Notes under the pieces: generated by a model
What the model was told of the DNA's origin: nothing
The model's database searches: none
Seen by the model: only the letters and a program-made list of their open reading frames with translations
In this document: piece after piece, positions 41,787 to 56,076 of the stretch
Layout of the letters: every line of letters starts with the position of its first letter
Position numbering within the stretch: position 1 is the stretch's first letter
Assembly (NCBI GenBank): GCA_964016885.1
Contig: OZ024744.1
Coordinates: 104,780,001-104,844,000, forward strand
Origin: Eledone cirrhosa
Taxonomy: Eukaryota
Direction of reading: 5' to 3'
DNA length: 64,000 nt
Made by a program: the position numbers and the translations under genes

Positions 41787-41805
41787 TAAGGCTCCAATGG
41801 CCAGT

Positions 41806-43273
41806 TCATATAAAAATAGTTTGGCAGAACTTTTTGGGCCAGTGGACTCTCCGACCGGAACGGGTCGTAGTCTTGTATGTAGGTGATGGTGGGGCAGAAG
41901 GAGCAGGTGTATGCACAATGGTGAAAGATTGGGGTATTTGTGGCTCGGGTGTATGAGCGTCATTGTGTGCCCTTTTCAGTCTATCCACCGAAATTGTCTC
42001 TCTGGACCCCTTAACGTCTACTGTGAAATGTTTGTCAGTGCGTGCTAACACACGGTAGGGTCCAGAGTATGGTTGTGTGAGGGGTGGTCTCACAGCATCG
42101 TTCCTTACGAACACATGGGTCCACGAGGCAATGTCCCTCGGGACCGCATGTTTTACAGTTTGCTTCCTCGTATCCATCGGCGGCAGGTCCTGTAAATAAG
42201 AACGCAGACGGGATACGTAGGAAAGCGGATCTTGGAAAGCAAGATCAACAGGGGCAAGCATTTGCCCAGGCAACGCTAGAGGAGCACCGTAGATTAATTC
42301 GGCCGGGGAGAACCCAAGGTCCTCCTTTATTGATGACCGAATTCCTAATAACACAATAGGAAGGTACTCGCTCCAACGTTGAGAGTCTGGATAGGCGCGA
42401 AGAGCGGCCTTTAATTGGCGGTGGAATCGTTCCACCATTCCATTTGAAGCAGGATGATAGGCCGTGGTCCGAATCCGTTGAGCTCCAATTATTTTTGTGA
42501 GCTCAGAGAAGAGATGGGACTCGAATTGTCTACCGCGGTCTGTCGTGAGTGTAGTTGGTACCCCAAAGCGGGTAATCCACCCTGATACCAGGGCACGTGC
42601 TACAGTCTCAGCCGTCATGTCTTGTAAAGGGATGGCCTCAGGCCATCTCGAAAAACGATCGACACACGTCAATATGTATGAATATCCACTGCTGAATGGC
42701 CAAGGTCCAACGATGTCAATGTGGATGTGTTGAAACCGGGCATCTGGAGTGGTGAAAGTACCAAGTGGAGTCCGGATGTGTTTATGGATCTTCGATTTCT
42801 GGCAAGCGATACAGGAACGGCAAAAAACAGCAATGTCTCGCCTCATATTAGGCCAGAAGAATCTGGCTGTTATAAGTTTAACTGTGGCAGCCGATCCTGG
42901 ATGAGAAATGTTGTGCAGAGCCAGGAACACAATTCGACGGTGAGTCTCAGGAACAAGTGGTCGTGGTGCATCAGTGGATACATCACAAAGGATCTGCCTG
43001 TCGGTGGTGGACAAGGGCAGATATTTGAAAATGCAAGTCGCAAATTCGGTGGAAAGAGTGTCCAACGATTGGAGTGCAGGTTGGTCTGCAGCTAAACGAC
43101 CTAAATCGATGTCCTGGGATGACGAGATGGAGCTAATTGGCAAACGAGATAATGCGTCTGCAACTATGTTGTGCGAGCCGGCAATGTGCTGGATATCGTT
43201 TGTAAATTGTGAAACGTAGTCCAGGTGCCTTGTCTCTCTGGGCGAATATCTGTCGGCTTTGGTGAAGCTGTGT
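41806..43273 (-). CDS. Ty3/Gypsy pol fragment: end of RNase H plus uninterrupted integrase
   Basis: N-x-VADALSR, HHCC finger (HNISHPG...CIAC), DDE core HIDIVGP / [10 protein letters not shown] / [12 protein letters not shown], and GPY motif; 5'-truncated. Confidence 0.93.
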
Positions 43274-44302
43274 TGATGTATCCACTGATGCACCACGACC
43301 ACTTGTTCCTGAGACTCACCGTCGAATTGTGTTCCTGGCTCTGCACAACATTTCTCATCCAGGATCGGCTGCCACAGTTAAACTTATAACAGCCAGATTC
43401 TTCTGGCCTAATATGAGGCGAGACATTGCTGTTTTTTGCCGTTCCTGTATCGCTTGCCAGAAATCGAAGATCCATAAACACATCCGTTTACTCAGCTGTA
43501 GAAATGAGATGATAGGGACTACAGTCCCTATCATTCCACTGCAAAGTGGTCGTGGAGGTGCCACGGCAATAAAGCACCCAGCACTCACTGTAAATGAGGT
43601 TGGTGTTAGGAAGGGCATCCAGCTGTAGAAATCAAGCCAGAATCAGTTCCTGTCCCACCCTTGCAAGCAGGGAAAAGCGGACGTAAAATGAAATGATGAT
43701 GATGATTATGATGATGAACCCTTTAGCAGCCAATAGTGGTATAAGCTCCCTGAACTTTTTCCATCCCGTTCTGACTCTAGCTACTGTACTTCCAGAGCAC
43801 CCTCCCCCACTGCTGATTTTGTCACCCAGGTAACGGAAGCTGTCCACTATTTCTATAGAACCATCTGTGCAATGGAATGAGTTAGTATTCTGTGGCAACT
43901 TGCTGCTACTTATTGCATCAGAGCACTGGCCACATATAAAATCTATATTCTTAGTTAGCTTACCTGTGATCCCACTACATCTTTTATGTACCCATACTTT
44001 GCATTTGGGACATAAAATGGAGTTTCTACCTACTCCTTTCCTACACACTGAGCATGGCCATTTCGCAGATGGGACCGGTGCCCTATTTTCCTTCCTACAT
44101 ACTAGAACTTTAGTCTTAGACAAGTTAACTTTAAGGCCTTTTGATTCTAGGCGATGCTTCCATGTTTGGAATTTCTTCTCTAGTTCAGCCATTGATTCAG
44201 CTATGAGCGTTAGATCATCTGCATATAGGAGTTCCCATGGGCAGCCAGCCTTGAACTCCTCTGTTATAGCCTGAAGGGCAATAATAAATAGTAGTACATA
44301 TT

Positions 44303-44948
<646 letters not shown>

Positions 44949-45284
44949 AAATAGCAATATGAACTGTAGATGGTAGTGGTTTCTGATTTGTTGAGGCAAT
45001 TGATGGAAGACCCCCCCCCGCCACTATTTAGTACCCATATGCCAGAGGAGATGAAAGCTAAAGACCTAATATTAAATCTAAATTTGACATCCTTATCTGT
45101 AACTTTAATCTCAGGAAGTTGAATAGGTTGTCATAGTACCTGTCCATTAAAACAGAAAAGAGAGGAGTTCCTAAAGAATCTTTCCTTCAACCATATGACT
45201 ACACCACATTTGGAACATTTCTCATCCATTTTCCCCACATAATTTCAGTTCCATATTTTCTTAAGTCGACATTGTCTGGACATC

Positions 45285-46460
45285 CCTCTGTGAAATGGCC
45301 ACGCTCAGTGTGTAAAAAAGGAGTAGGTAGAAATTCCATTCTATGCCCCAAATACAAACTATGGGTACATAAAAGATGTAGTGGGATCACAGGTAAGCTA
45401 TCTAAGAACGTAGATTTTATATGCGGCCGATGCTCAGGTACAATAAGTAGCAAGTGCCCACAGGATACTAGCTCCTTCTACTGCCCAGATGGTTCTATAG
45501 AAATAGTAGACACTTTCCATTACCTGGGTGACAAAATCAGTAGTGGAGGAGGGTGCTCCGAAAGTACAGTAGCCAAAGATAGAACGGGATGGAAAAAGTT
45601 CAAAGAGCTTATACAACTGTTGGCCACTAAAGGTTTCTCTCTAAAAATGAAAGGCAGATTGTATGATAATTGTATACGAACAGCAATGTTACATGGCATT
45701 GAGACATGGGTATTATGAGCAGAGGACCTGCATAGACTGGAAAGGAACGAAGCATGCATGCTCCATTGGATGTGTAATAGTAATATACACAAACGGCAAA
45801 GCATAAATGAACTCAGTGAGAAATTAGGAATAAGAGGGATCAGATGCTGTTTACTTGAGAGAAGATTACTTTGGTATGGTCACGTGATGCGCATGAAAGA
45901 CGACAGCTGTATAAAAAAGTGCAGGGCGATCAAAATTGAGGGAAGTTATAGAGTAGGTAGACCCAGAAAAACCTGGGACAACATGATAAAATCTGACTTT
46001 GCACACTTACATCTCTCTAAGACAATGTCTCTGGATCGAGATCTTTGGTGCCACACAGTGATACAGAAGACCAGCCTTCCCTACGTGCAAAGTTAACCTA
46101 CAGTCAGTAGGCCCCTCCTAACCAAATATACACCCCAACTCACTACCCCTACTCGATCATCCCACTTCCATAAACACCACCCTTTCTCTGTAAAGTTCAA
46201 ACTAATGAGGTCGTATAGGTGTGTGTCACAAAAAAAAACACCCAGTCCACACTGTAAAGTGGTTGTGTAGGAAACATGGTAAAAAGGGTCCCAGTCGACA
46301 CTGTAAATGTGGTTGGTGTTAGGAAAGGCATTCAGCCGTAGAAAACCTGCCAGATAGTCCTATACAAGCGAGACACAGTTATCCGATCAATCTTGTCTCA
46401 AGTGGGACAGTTCCTGTCTAACCCATACTAGCGTGGAAGATAGACGTTAGATGATGATCA
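45285..46460 (+). mobile_element. RTE LINE 3' fragment
   Basis: KGVGRNSILC...YLGDKISSGGGC...WYGHV...GRPRKTW, then 3'UTR and (GAT)n. Confidence 0.9.
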
Positions 46461-46551
46461 AGATAATGATATATATATAACTTTGATAACTTTCAGCCAG
46501 TATTGGCCTACGCTATGTCTAACTTAATAGCACCACCTGGCAAATATATAT

Positions 46552-46597
<46 letters not shown>

Positions 46598-46604
46598 ATA
46601 CAGT

Positions 46605-46866
46605 CTGAAACAAATGAGGTCGTGTAGGTGTCACAACAAAAAAACACACAGTCCACGCTGTAATGTGGCCGTGTAGGTAACACGGTAAAAACCTCCCAGT
46701 CCACACTGTAAACGTGGTTGGTGTTAGGAAAGGCATCCAACTGTAGAAAACCTGCCAGACAGTCCTATACGAGCAAGACAACCACTCTTGCCTCAAGTGG
46801 GAAAACTCCCGTCCAAACCCATGCAAGCGTGGAAGATGGACGTTAAACGATGATGATGATGATGAT
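46605..46866 (+). mobile_element. RTE 3'UTR fragment in (TA)n
   Basis: Matches 61935-62200 and the reverse complement of 39610-39865. Confidence 0.8.
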
Positions 46867-47074
46867 ATATATATATATAACAAAGAGGTTGTGGTAAAAT
46901 ACCAGGTGGACCTAACGCACCAGAGTACTCAATACTTAGGGTAGTAGAGTGGGTAATAGGAAAAGAGTCAGGACCCCAACAGCTAGATCCGAACTGTTCA
47001 GATCTAGCTGTCGAAACAACCGAAGCTTAGCCATCAGGGTCCTGTCTCTTTGGCTATATATATATACATATATA

Positions 47075-49000
47075 ACCAGCAAAGTGAGAGTTGACAATGA
47101 GTTCAATGATTAGTTTCTAGTGCACTTAAAGGTCCATTAGGGCTCAGACATCAGCCCACTTTCATTTATCATTATAATTCCAGTTATAACAAATGAGTTT
47201 AAGATTTGTTGTCCATGGGAACTTCTGTATGCTGAAGATCTAGTCCTTATAGCTGAACACTTGGGAGAGTTAGAGGCAAGGAAAATAAACCTAGAATCAA
47301 AAGGCCTAAAAGTAAAGTTAACAATGATGAAAGAAAGTGTTAATAAGGAGGAAAGAGGACAGGAAGTTGATACCTTCAGGAAAGTAGTGTTGCTCAATAT
47401 GCTAAAAGTAGGGGGCAGAAATTTCATAAGTGCACACAGTGTAATTTATGGACACACGAAGGATCTAGTGGAATTGCAGGCAGGTTAATGGAGAAGATAG
47501 ACTTTGTATTCAGCAGATACCCAGGAGAAGTAAGCACTTAGAACACATGTGAAATAAATATCTCCAGTTACCAGGGAGGCTCTTTAGAAGTAGATGACAG
47601 CTTTTGATACTTAGGGGACTTAATCAGCAGTGGGGGAGGATAAAGGCCTTCTGTCTCAGAGTGAAGGGTAGACTGTATGGTACCTGTGTGTGAACTACAA
47701 TGCTACATGACAGTGAAACATGGGCCTTGACTGCAGAATGAACTATAGTGCTACATGACAGGGAAACATGGGCCTTGACTGCAGAATGAACTATAGTGCT
47801 ACATGACAGTGAAACATGGGCCTTGACTGCAGAATGAACTATAGTGCTACATGACAGTGAAACATGGGCCTTGACTGCAGAATGAACTATAGTGCTACAT
47901 GACAGGGAAACATGGGCCTTGACTGCAGAATGAACTATAGTGCTACATGACAGTGAAATATGGGCTTTGACTGCAGAATGAACTATAGTGCTACATGACA
48001 GTGAAACATGGGCCTTGACTGCAGAATGAACTATAGTGCTACATGACAGTGAAACATGGGCCTTGACTGCAGAATGAACTACAGTGCTACATGACAGTGA
48101 AACATGGGCCTTGACTGCAGAATGAACTATAGTGCTACATGACAGTGAAACATGGGCCTTAACTGCAGAATGAACTATAGTGCTACATGACAGGGAAACA
48201 TGGGCCTTGACTGCAGAATGAACTATAGTGCTACATGACAGTGAAATATGGGCTTTGACTGCAGAATGAACTATAGTGCTACCTGACAGTGAAACATGGG
48301 CCTTGACTGCAGAATGAACTATAGTACTACATGACAGTGAAACATGGGCCTTGACTGCAGAATGAACTACAGTGCTACATGACAGTGAAACATGGGCCTT
48401 GACTGCAGAATGAACTATAGTACTACATGACAGTGAAACATGGGCCTTGACTGCAGAATGAACTATAGTACTACATGACAGTGAAACATGGGCCTTGACT
48501 GCAGAATGAACTATAGTACTACATGACAGTGAAACATGGGCCTTGACTGCAGAATGAACTACAGTGCTACATGACAGTGAAACATGGGCCTTGACTGCAG
48601 AATGAGCTATAGTGCTACATGACAGTGAAACATGGGCCTTAACTGCAGAATGAACTACAGTGCTACATGACAGTGAAACATGGACCTTGACTGTAGAAGA
48701 CCTGCAGGGGTGAGAAATAAATGAAGAGAGTATGCTATGATGGATGTGTAATGTTAGTGTGCAGGAATGACATAGGATAAGTAAACTGAGGGAAAATCTT
48801 GGTGTAAGAGGAATTAGATGTAGTGTGTAAGAGAGAAGAGTGTGCTGGTATGGACATGTGATGTGTATAGAGGATAACAGTTACATATATACAGAGTAAT
48901 ACCAGCAGAGGGAACTTGAGGAAGAGGTAGATACAGGAAGACCTGGGATGAAGTAGTAAAAACTGATCTTAAGAAGCTGAACAGAGATGACAAAGGATTG
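47075..49000 (+). mobile_element. Old RTE LINE fragment containing an internal minisatellite
   Basis: CCPWELLYAEDLVL, then YLGDLISSGG-like and WYGHV remnants. Confidence 0.8.
47692..48698. repeat. 48-bp minisatellite (~21 copies) derived from RTE coding sequence
   Basis: Unit gaactatagtgctacatgacagtgaaacatgggccttgactgcagaat corresponds to LINE codons RTAMLHGSETWALTAE. Confidence 0.95.
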
Positions 49001-49303
49001 GAAGACTCACCTACTAGTATATAGATGTGAATGTGACCTGACCCCACAGAGATGACAAAGGATTGGAAGACTCACCTACTAGTATATAGATATGAATGTG
49101 ACCTGACCCCACAGAGATGACAAAGGATTGGAAGACTCACCTACTAGTATATAGATATGAATGTGACCTGACCCCACAGAGATGACAAAGGATTGGAAGA
49201 CTCACCTACTAGTATATAGATGTGAATGTGACCTGACCCCACAGAGATGACAAAGGATTGGAAGACTCACCTACTAGTATATAGATATGAATGTGACCTG
49301 ACC
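48981..49303. repeat. 65-bp tandem repeat, 5 copies
   Basis: acagagatgacaaaggattggaagactcacctactagtatatagatgtgaatgtgacctgacccc at 48981, 49046, ... Confidence 0.95.
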
Positions 49304-49667
49304 ACTTCATCATTACTCTTTAGTAATTAGTCAATCACTGTAAACCCCACCTCACCCCATCATCACTGCCACCCCTTGAAATCACAACACACCAATCATA
49401 GACCTTCAGTAATTCATTATACCCTAATCTGGGATCACCTTCCCTTCTCCACCCCACTCTCCTCTCTCACATCACCCTCTCAACACCCCTCCTCACTCTC
49501 CTCTCTCACAATACTCTCTCAACTCCCACCACACTATCCTTCCATACCCACACTTTGTCTTACTTACCCATGACATCATACCTATCGTTCTTCTTGCCCC
49601 TCCCCACATCTTATTCCCTACCATACACAGCTCACTTGCCCCCCCCCCCCCCCTCCTCCATAGAGTA

Positions 49668-50238
49668 CAGAACATGTTTCACTCGTCTGTGGAACATAAA
49701 GTGAATCGGTTGGAAATTTGTCAAGATTTGCTAGAGAGAGACTTGAAATTGAACCAAATTTCTTGGATAAGTAATAACAGGAGCTGAAATATGGGTGTTG
49801 GAGATGATCCGGAGACAAAATGGTAATGTGAGAAGTGGCACATAAAAATTCTCGTCGGAAAAAAGCATGCATGAGCAGATCCAGGGTGAAAACAATGATT
49901 ACCAGTTTTTGTTCGACAGTCGTGGTATTGTTCCTAAAGAATGTTTACCCCGAAGACAAACAGTTAATCACACCTTCTACAAAGATGTCTCGAGATAACT
50001 TCAGAAACAGGTCCAGCAAGTCGACATTGCAGGAGATTGGGTACTGCACCACGATAACACGTCTACTCTCACAACACTTTCAATTAGAGAATTTCTGGCA
50101 AAGCAAAAAACATTCCTACTCTTCCACATCCTCCCTACAGCCCAGATCTAGCTTTGTGTGATTTCTACCCCTTCCATAAGTTGAAATCAAAGTTGAAGAG
50201 TCATCATTTTGGGACTGTGGAAAACTTTCAAAAAAATT
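49668..50238 (+). pseudogene. Degraded mariner (DD34D-type) transposase
   Basis: DPETK, MSRSRVKTM, WVLHHDN and YSPDLALCDFYPFHKLKSKLK remnants across frames. Confidence 0.8.
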
Positions 50239-50239
50239 G

Positions 50240-52995
50240 TAACATCACATGTCCACACCAACACAGTCTTCTCTCCTGCACACCACTTCAGATTCCTCTT
50301 AAACCCAGCTTCTTCCTCAGCTCATCCCAGCTCTGCTTTTCTCTCACATTTACATTGCATATCCAACGAAGCATGGTTGCTTCATTTCTCTACAGTCTAC
50401 ACATGTCCTCTGCAGTCACTGCCCATGTTTCACTACCATGCAGTATCACACTTTGCACACAGGCGTCATACAGTCATCCTTTTCTACGTAGGGAGAAACC
50501 TTTTGTTGTCAACAGTGGAAGTAGTTCTCTAAACTTCTTCTATCCTATCCTTATTCTAGCTATTATACTCTCAGCACACCCTCCCCCACTACTAACTAAG
50601 TCACCTAGATAACAGAAGCTATCAACCACAGCTATAGATCCTTCCTGTGACTTGAAGAGGTTTATATCATTAGCAGTCTTCCTCTTGATTTCTCCTGTGC
50701 ATCTTCTACCTGCAAAGTTCTCCCTTCCTTTTAGTCTACTCATTGTCCCACTACATCTCTCTTGTGTACCCAAGATTTACATTGTGTACATTGTATGGAG
50801 TTTATGTCTACTCCTTTTCTACATATGGAGCAGGGTCACTTCCCTTAAGAAATAAGTATCCTATATTTTATCCTACTCACTAGCACTTTAGTTTTGGCTA
50901 AGTCTACTCTCAGACTTTTTGATTCCAAATTCAGTTTCCATAATCAGAATTTATCTCTAGTTCCTTTTTGGTTTTAGCTATAAGGACCAAATCATCTGCA
51001 TCGAGAAGTTCCCATGGGCAGCCCATTTTAAACTACTCTGTTATGGCCTGGAGAACTATGATGAACAACATTGGGATAAGAAGTGAACCTTGATGAACTC
51101 CTACCTTGAATTTCTCAGAAAACTCACTTCCTACTCTCACTTTACTGACAGCTCCTCTGTACATGACTTACACTGCTCTCAGATGCCATTCTTCTACACC
51201 TAAATTCCTTAAGGACCAACAGATAACAGATTGAGGTACTCTGTCAAAAGCCTTCTCTAGAGCAACACAAACTAAATATACTGGCTTATTTTTTGGCTCT
51301 TGCATCCCGTTGCCTCACTAAGAAGAGGACATCTGTAGTACTTTTCCCAGGCATGAAACCAAATTGCATCTCCTCTAATTTGAATCTTTCCCTAATTAGT
51401 TGTGCTATAACTCTTTCTGTCACTTTCATAACCTGGTCCATTAGTTTTATTCCTCTATGGTTGCTCCTTTCTGGAGCACCACCTTTGTTCTTATAGCAAT
51501 TTATGATTGAACTGCTGTGCTAGTCATTAGATATGACACCACCCTGTATTACCTGATTGACTATACGGGTGACAATTGTACTGCTGTACCTGTCATTAGA
51601 TATGACACCATCCTGTATTACCTGATTGACTATACGGGTTACTCCTACTCTCAATGCTTTTAGCATCTCAACAACTATCTCTGATGATCCTGCAGATTTA
51701 CCTTTCTTTATCTCTTTAATTGCTTCTTTGACCATATAACTGCCTACTTCAATAGCTGGTCCTTCTGTTGGGTAAGCTGAGTATAGTCTCTCTTCCTCCC
51801 ATTCATCAATCTCTCATAACATTTCCTGGCCTCTTTCTTTTGAGCACCAGTAGTGCTAACAGTACCAGTGTCATTTCTAACACACTTTTCCCCAACAACA
51901 TCCTCATTTACACTGACATACTGGCTTACAATGTGGAACACTTCATGTCTCTGAAGACATTGGTAAACTTTCTTTTTTCAGCCTCTCTCCAAGCTGTGTA
52001 TACCTGTCACCTAGCTTCTCTCTTAGCTACCTGGTACTGGTCTCTGCTACTCCCATTTTTCCAGTCTTTCCATGCCTGTCTCTTAGCTTTAATGGCTCTA
52101 TCTACTATTTTTCCAGTCTTTCCATGCCTGTCTCTTAGCTTTAATGGCTCTATCTACTGAGCTGTTCCACCACCAGGTGTCACCCTCTGTCTATCTGATA
52201 CTTTACTCCAGCCACAAATCTTGTCAGTATGCAAAAGGTTGTCATGTAAGAATTTCTAATTGTCCTCTACATCATAAGTATCTAGCTTGTCTCCCCTCTC
52301 ATCTACAGCATCCCATAGGGCCTTTCTAAACTTATATTTAACTGAAAGGTCCTTTAGATTCCAAACCCTCTATCTCTATATTTTCCTGCATATCTTGTTA
52401 TGACTTGTGTTTATTCTAATGTCATTAATAACTTGTGCTGGGAGGTACATTCTTCCCCAGAGAAGGCCTTAGTATTTATTACAGTCCCTCTATCTCATTG
52501 TCTTACAAGTAAGAAATCAATCTGATTGTGTGTTTTTCTGGTTGATATGTGACCAGATGGCTGGCTGGTTTCCTGAAATTTGTGTTGCAAATGGTTTGTT
52601 CATTTGTGTCACAGAATTCCAGAACCCTCTTCATATCTTGAGCCATAACCATAGCCACTGTGACCTCCATTGAATCTACCCTGGTACTGCCCCACATGTC
52701 CATTGAAGTCACCTGCCAGGATGATGAGGTCTCTTTCATCAGTAACTGAGGTTGTCTGTAAAAGTTCCTCATAGAACCTGTCCTATTGTTCTTTACTCAG
52801 TCCTACCTGTGGGACATAGGTAGATGTAATTGTCACCATTCTATTTCCTACAGATATTCTAAGCTTGATGACTCTGTCATTTACTCTAACTACTTCTATC
52901 ACTCTATCTATTTCTCAGTTAGTAAGATACCTACACCTCCTACCCCATTGTCATTTTCTACCCAGTAGAGTTTATATCGCTTGCCTGTGATCAGT
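50240..52995 (-). mobile_element. Long degraded RTE LINE (endonuclease through RT)
   Basis: GDFNGHVG-like and ICNTNFRK endonuclease remnants, QFGF.PGKST, WELL.ADDL; many frameshifts. Confidence 0.8.
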
Positions 52996-53057
52996 CTTTA
53001 TTATTTGTTGTTATATATATATATAAAATTAAAATTTTATTTCTCGCTCTAGCACAG

Positions 53058-54285
53058 TTAGAAGCAAATGCAGGAGAAGTACTTGTCTAAAAGCAAGCCA
53101 CTCTCATTAGCATTCATTGACCTAGAGAAAGCTTTTGATAGAGTCCCTTGATCTATACTCTGATGTGCCTTCAGAAAACTAGAGGTAAATGACTGGCTTA
53201 TGAAAGTAGTACAAGCCATGTACAAGGTGGTCAGCAAAGTTAAAATGGAGTACAGTGAGGAATTCAGTGTACAAGTGGGGGTCCACCAGGGTTCCATCCT
53301 TAACCTCCTCCTCTTCATTATTGTCCTACAATCTAAAACAGAGGAATTTAAGACTGGTTGCCCATGAGAAATCCTGTACACCGATGACTTCACTCTCATA
53401 GCTGAATCTATGACAGAATTAGAGAGTGGAAATTTCAGACATGGAGGCACAGCTTGGAAATAAAAGGCCTTAAAGTCACCCTGGCAAAGACCAAAATCCT
53501 AATGAGCAGAAAGAAAAAAGGGCTCAGATTCCCTCAGGGAAATGGCTTTGCTTTGTATGCAGGAAAGGAGTAGGTAGAAACTCAATCTGGCTTTCCAAAT
53601 GCAAACTGTGGGTGCAAAGAGGTGTAGTGGCAAATCAGGCAGGCTAGCAAAAAACATAACATTCATATGTGAAACCCTCAGGAAACAAGCTCCCTCTAAA
53701 TCTATGGAGATTAGAAAGAAATGAAGCCTGCATGCTTGAATGGATGTGTAACAGTAGTGTGTGTGAATAGCATAGTGTAAATGTATTGAGAGTGAAACGG
53801 AGCATAAAAGGGATCAAATGATAAAGTTAAAGGCCAACCTGGCTCAACTGAACCTCCCAACTGAGATGACACAGAACCAAGACCTCTAGCACAACAATAT
53901 ATGACAAAAGACCTGAGTCAACAACCCAGCACACAGCCTGTGTTACTGGGACCACCCAGTAACACAGCCCCACTATGAGCAAGGCATGGCACAGCCAACT
54001 AGAGAGGCATCCCTTATAATAGGACCATCCAACTCCCAAACTGCAGGCCCGATGTGAGCAGGATATGGCACAGCCAACTGGCCAGACCCTCCACATAATG
54101 GTGCCACCCAGTTCCACACTGTAAATATGGTTGGTATTAGGAAGGGCATCCAACTGAAAAAATCCCACCCAAAATACAGTCCCATTTGAGCAAGGCACGG
54201 CATAGCCAAACGGCCAGATATGTCTCATGATGTGGGTGATCCATTTAACCCATGCAAGCATGGAAAAATAGGCGTTGAACGATAA
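53058..54285 (+). mobile_element. Degraded RTE LINE with internal deletions
   Basis: AFIDLEKAFDRVP, GVHQGS, LYTDD, then 3'UTR. Confidence 0.78.
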
Positions 54286-54524
54286 TTATATATACATATA
54301 TATGTATATGTACACATTATTATTAGTGTTATACAATGAAATTTTGTTATAACGAAATTCAGGGGTATAAAAAAAAGTCATTGTTACGAAGAATTCTTTA
54401 TAACGAGATCAACCAAAATAAATTTAGCATTTGTTTGATATTACCTCGGTGGTTGAAAAAGATTTTGTTATACTGAAAAATTCATTTTAATAGTATTTTA
54501 CCTGTATATATATATATATATATA

Positions 54525-56076
54525 TCATCATCATCGTCATTTTACGTCCGCTTTTCCCTGCTTGCAAGGGTGGGACGGGTCCTATTCAGAACAGCATCTC
54601 TTCACTTGTCACGGTCCTTTGTCATCTCCACCCTGAGCTTCAGCGATCTGAGGTCGGCTCTCACCACCTCCGCCCATGTTTTTCGTGGTCTACCTCGACC
54701 ACGTCTTCCTTCAACTAGCATTTCCTGGCACTTCTTCGCCCATTGGTCATCCTCCATGCACATCACATATCCATACCATCACACTTTCCTCTCTCGCACA
54801 CTACAATCTATCCCCCTCAGACACAGTTTCTCTCTCAACACATCCATGCTCGGTCATTCACACACATTGACATTGCACATCCAACGGAGCATGCTTGCCT
54901 CATTTCTCTCCAGCCGTCGCATATCTTCTGCAGTTGCTGCTCATGTCTCACTACCATGCAGCATCGCGCATCTCACACAGGCATCATATAACCGGCCTTT
55001 TGTACGCAGGGAGAAACCCTTCTTCGTCAGCAGAGGAAGCAGCTCCCTAAACTTCTTCCAACCCATCCTTATTCTAGATACTAAGGCCTCGGAACACTCC
55101 CATCCCATGCTAATCTGATCACCTAGGTACTGGAAGCTATCAACCACTTCTATAGAACCCACCTGCATTGGAAAAATGAGTCTATCACAGCGATTAATAC
55201 TGCCAACTTTCCCTGTACATCTACTGCATATGTAGTTTTCCCTACCTTTTAGTTTGCCTGCTATCCCACTACATCTCTTGTGTACCCAAGATCTGCATTG
55301 TGTGCATTTTATAGAATTTATGCCAGTTCCTTTTCTGCACATCGAACATGGCCATTTCCCTGATGGAATCAGTTTTGTCCTCTTTTCTACTCATCAACAC
55401 TTCATTCCAACTGCCATTTCCATAGCGAGAATTTATTCTCTAGCTCCTCTACTGATTCTGCTATATATATCTGCATTGCGTACATTTTATAGAATTTATG
55501 CCAGTTCCTTTCCTACATATCGAACATGGCCATTTCCCTGATGGAATCTAGCTCCTTTACTGATTCTGCTATAAGAACCAGATCGTTAGGATAGAGAAGT
55601 TCCCATGGACAGCCAGTCTTAAACTCCTCCGTTATGGCTTGGAGGACTATAATGAACAAGAGTGGGCTGAAGACAGAACCTTCATGTACACCTACTTGTA
55701 TCTGGAATTCCTCACTAAACTCCATTCCTACCCTCATTTTACTGAGAGTACCTCTGTACAAAGTTTGCACTGTCCTCACAAGCCATTCCTCAACACCTAG
55801 TTTCCTTAGGGACCACCAGATGACAGATCAGGGTACCCTACCAAAGGCATTCTCTAGGTCAACAAAAGCTAAGTATAGTGGCTTATTTTTCTCTAAGAAC
55901 CTCTTTTGTAATTGTCTCACCAAGAAGAGGGCATTTGTTGTACTTTTCCCAGGCACAAAACCAAACCGCATCTCATCTAATTTGACCCTTTCTCTAATTA
56001 ATTGCGCTAGTATTCTTTCTGTCACTTTTATAACCTGATCCATCAGTTTTATGCTCCTATAATTGCCCCTATCCAC
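54525..56076 (-). mobile_element. RTE LINE subfamily with a very short 3'UTR matching the SINE A tail
   Basis: RGNYRSIKLMDQVIKV through GRPRKTW; 3' end acccgtcccacccttgcaagcagggaaaagcggacgtaaaatga; (TA)n on both sides; internal duplication near 55300-55570. Confidence 0.88.

Larger units (their letters stand above)
40443..43716 (+). mobile_element. SINE family A split by a Gypsy fragment (SINE parts 40443-40548 and 43486-43716)
   Basis: Head ends gacacttta and resumes gtttactcagctg; 15 nt of the family sequence (tttcacattgctcca) are missing. Confidence 0.88.
39610..44292 (-). mobile_element. RTE LINE split by a SINE (LINE parts 39610-40441 and 43717-44292)
   Basis: …LLAAKG | FSLKMKGRLYDAC… continues across the insertion, with short duplicated gaacc. 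Confidence 0.88.

Noticed and set aside
46965-47045. Hairpin acagctagatc/gatctagctgt followed by cgaaac, as a hammerhead
   Set aside because: No CTGANGA core upstream on the same strand.
54320-54505. Possible Tigger/pogo-like MITE (gttataacg motifs)
   Set aside because: Too degraded to define TIRs.
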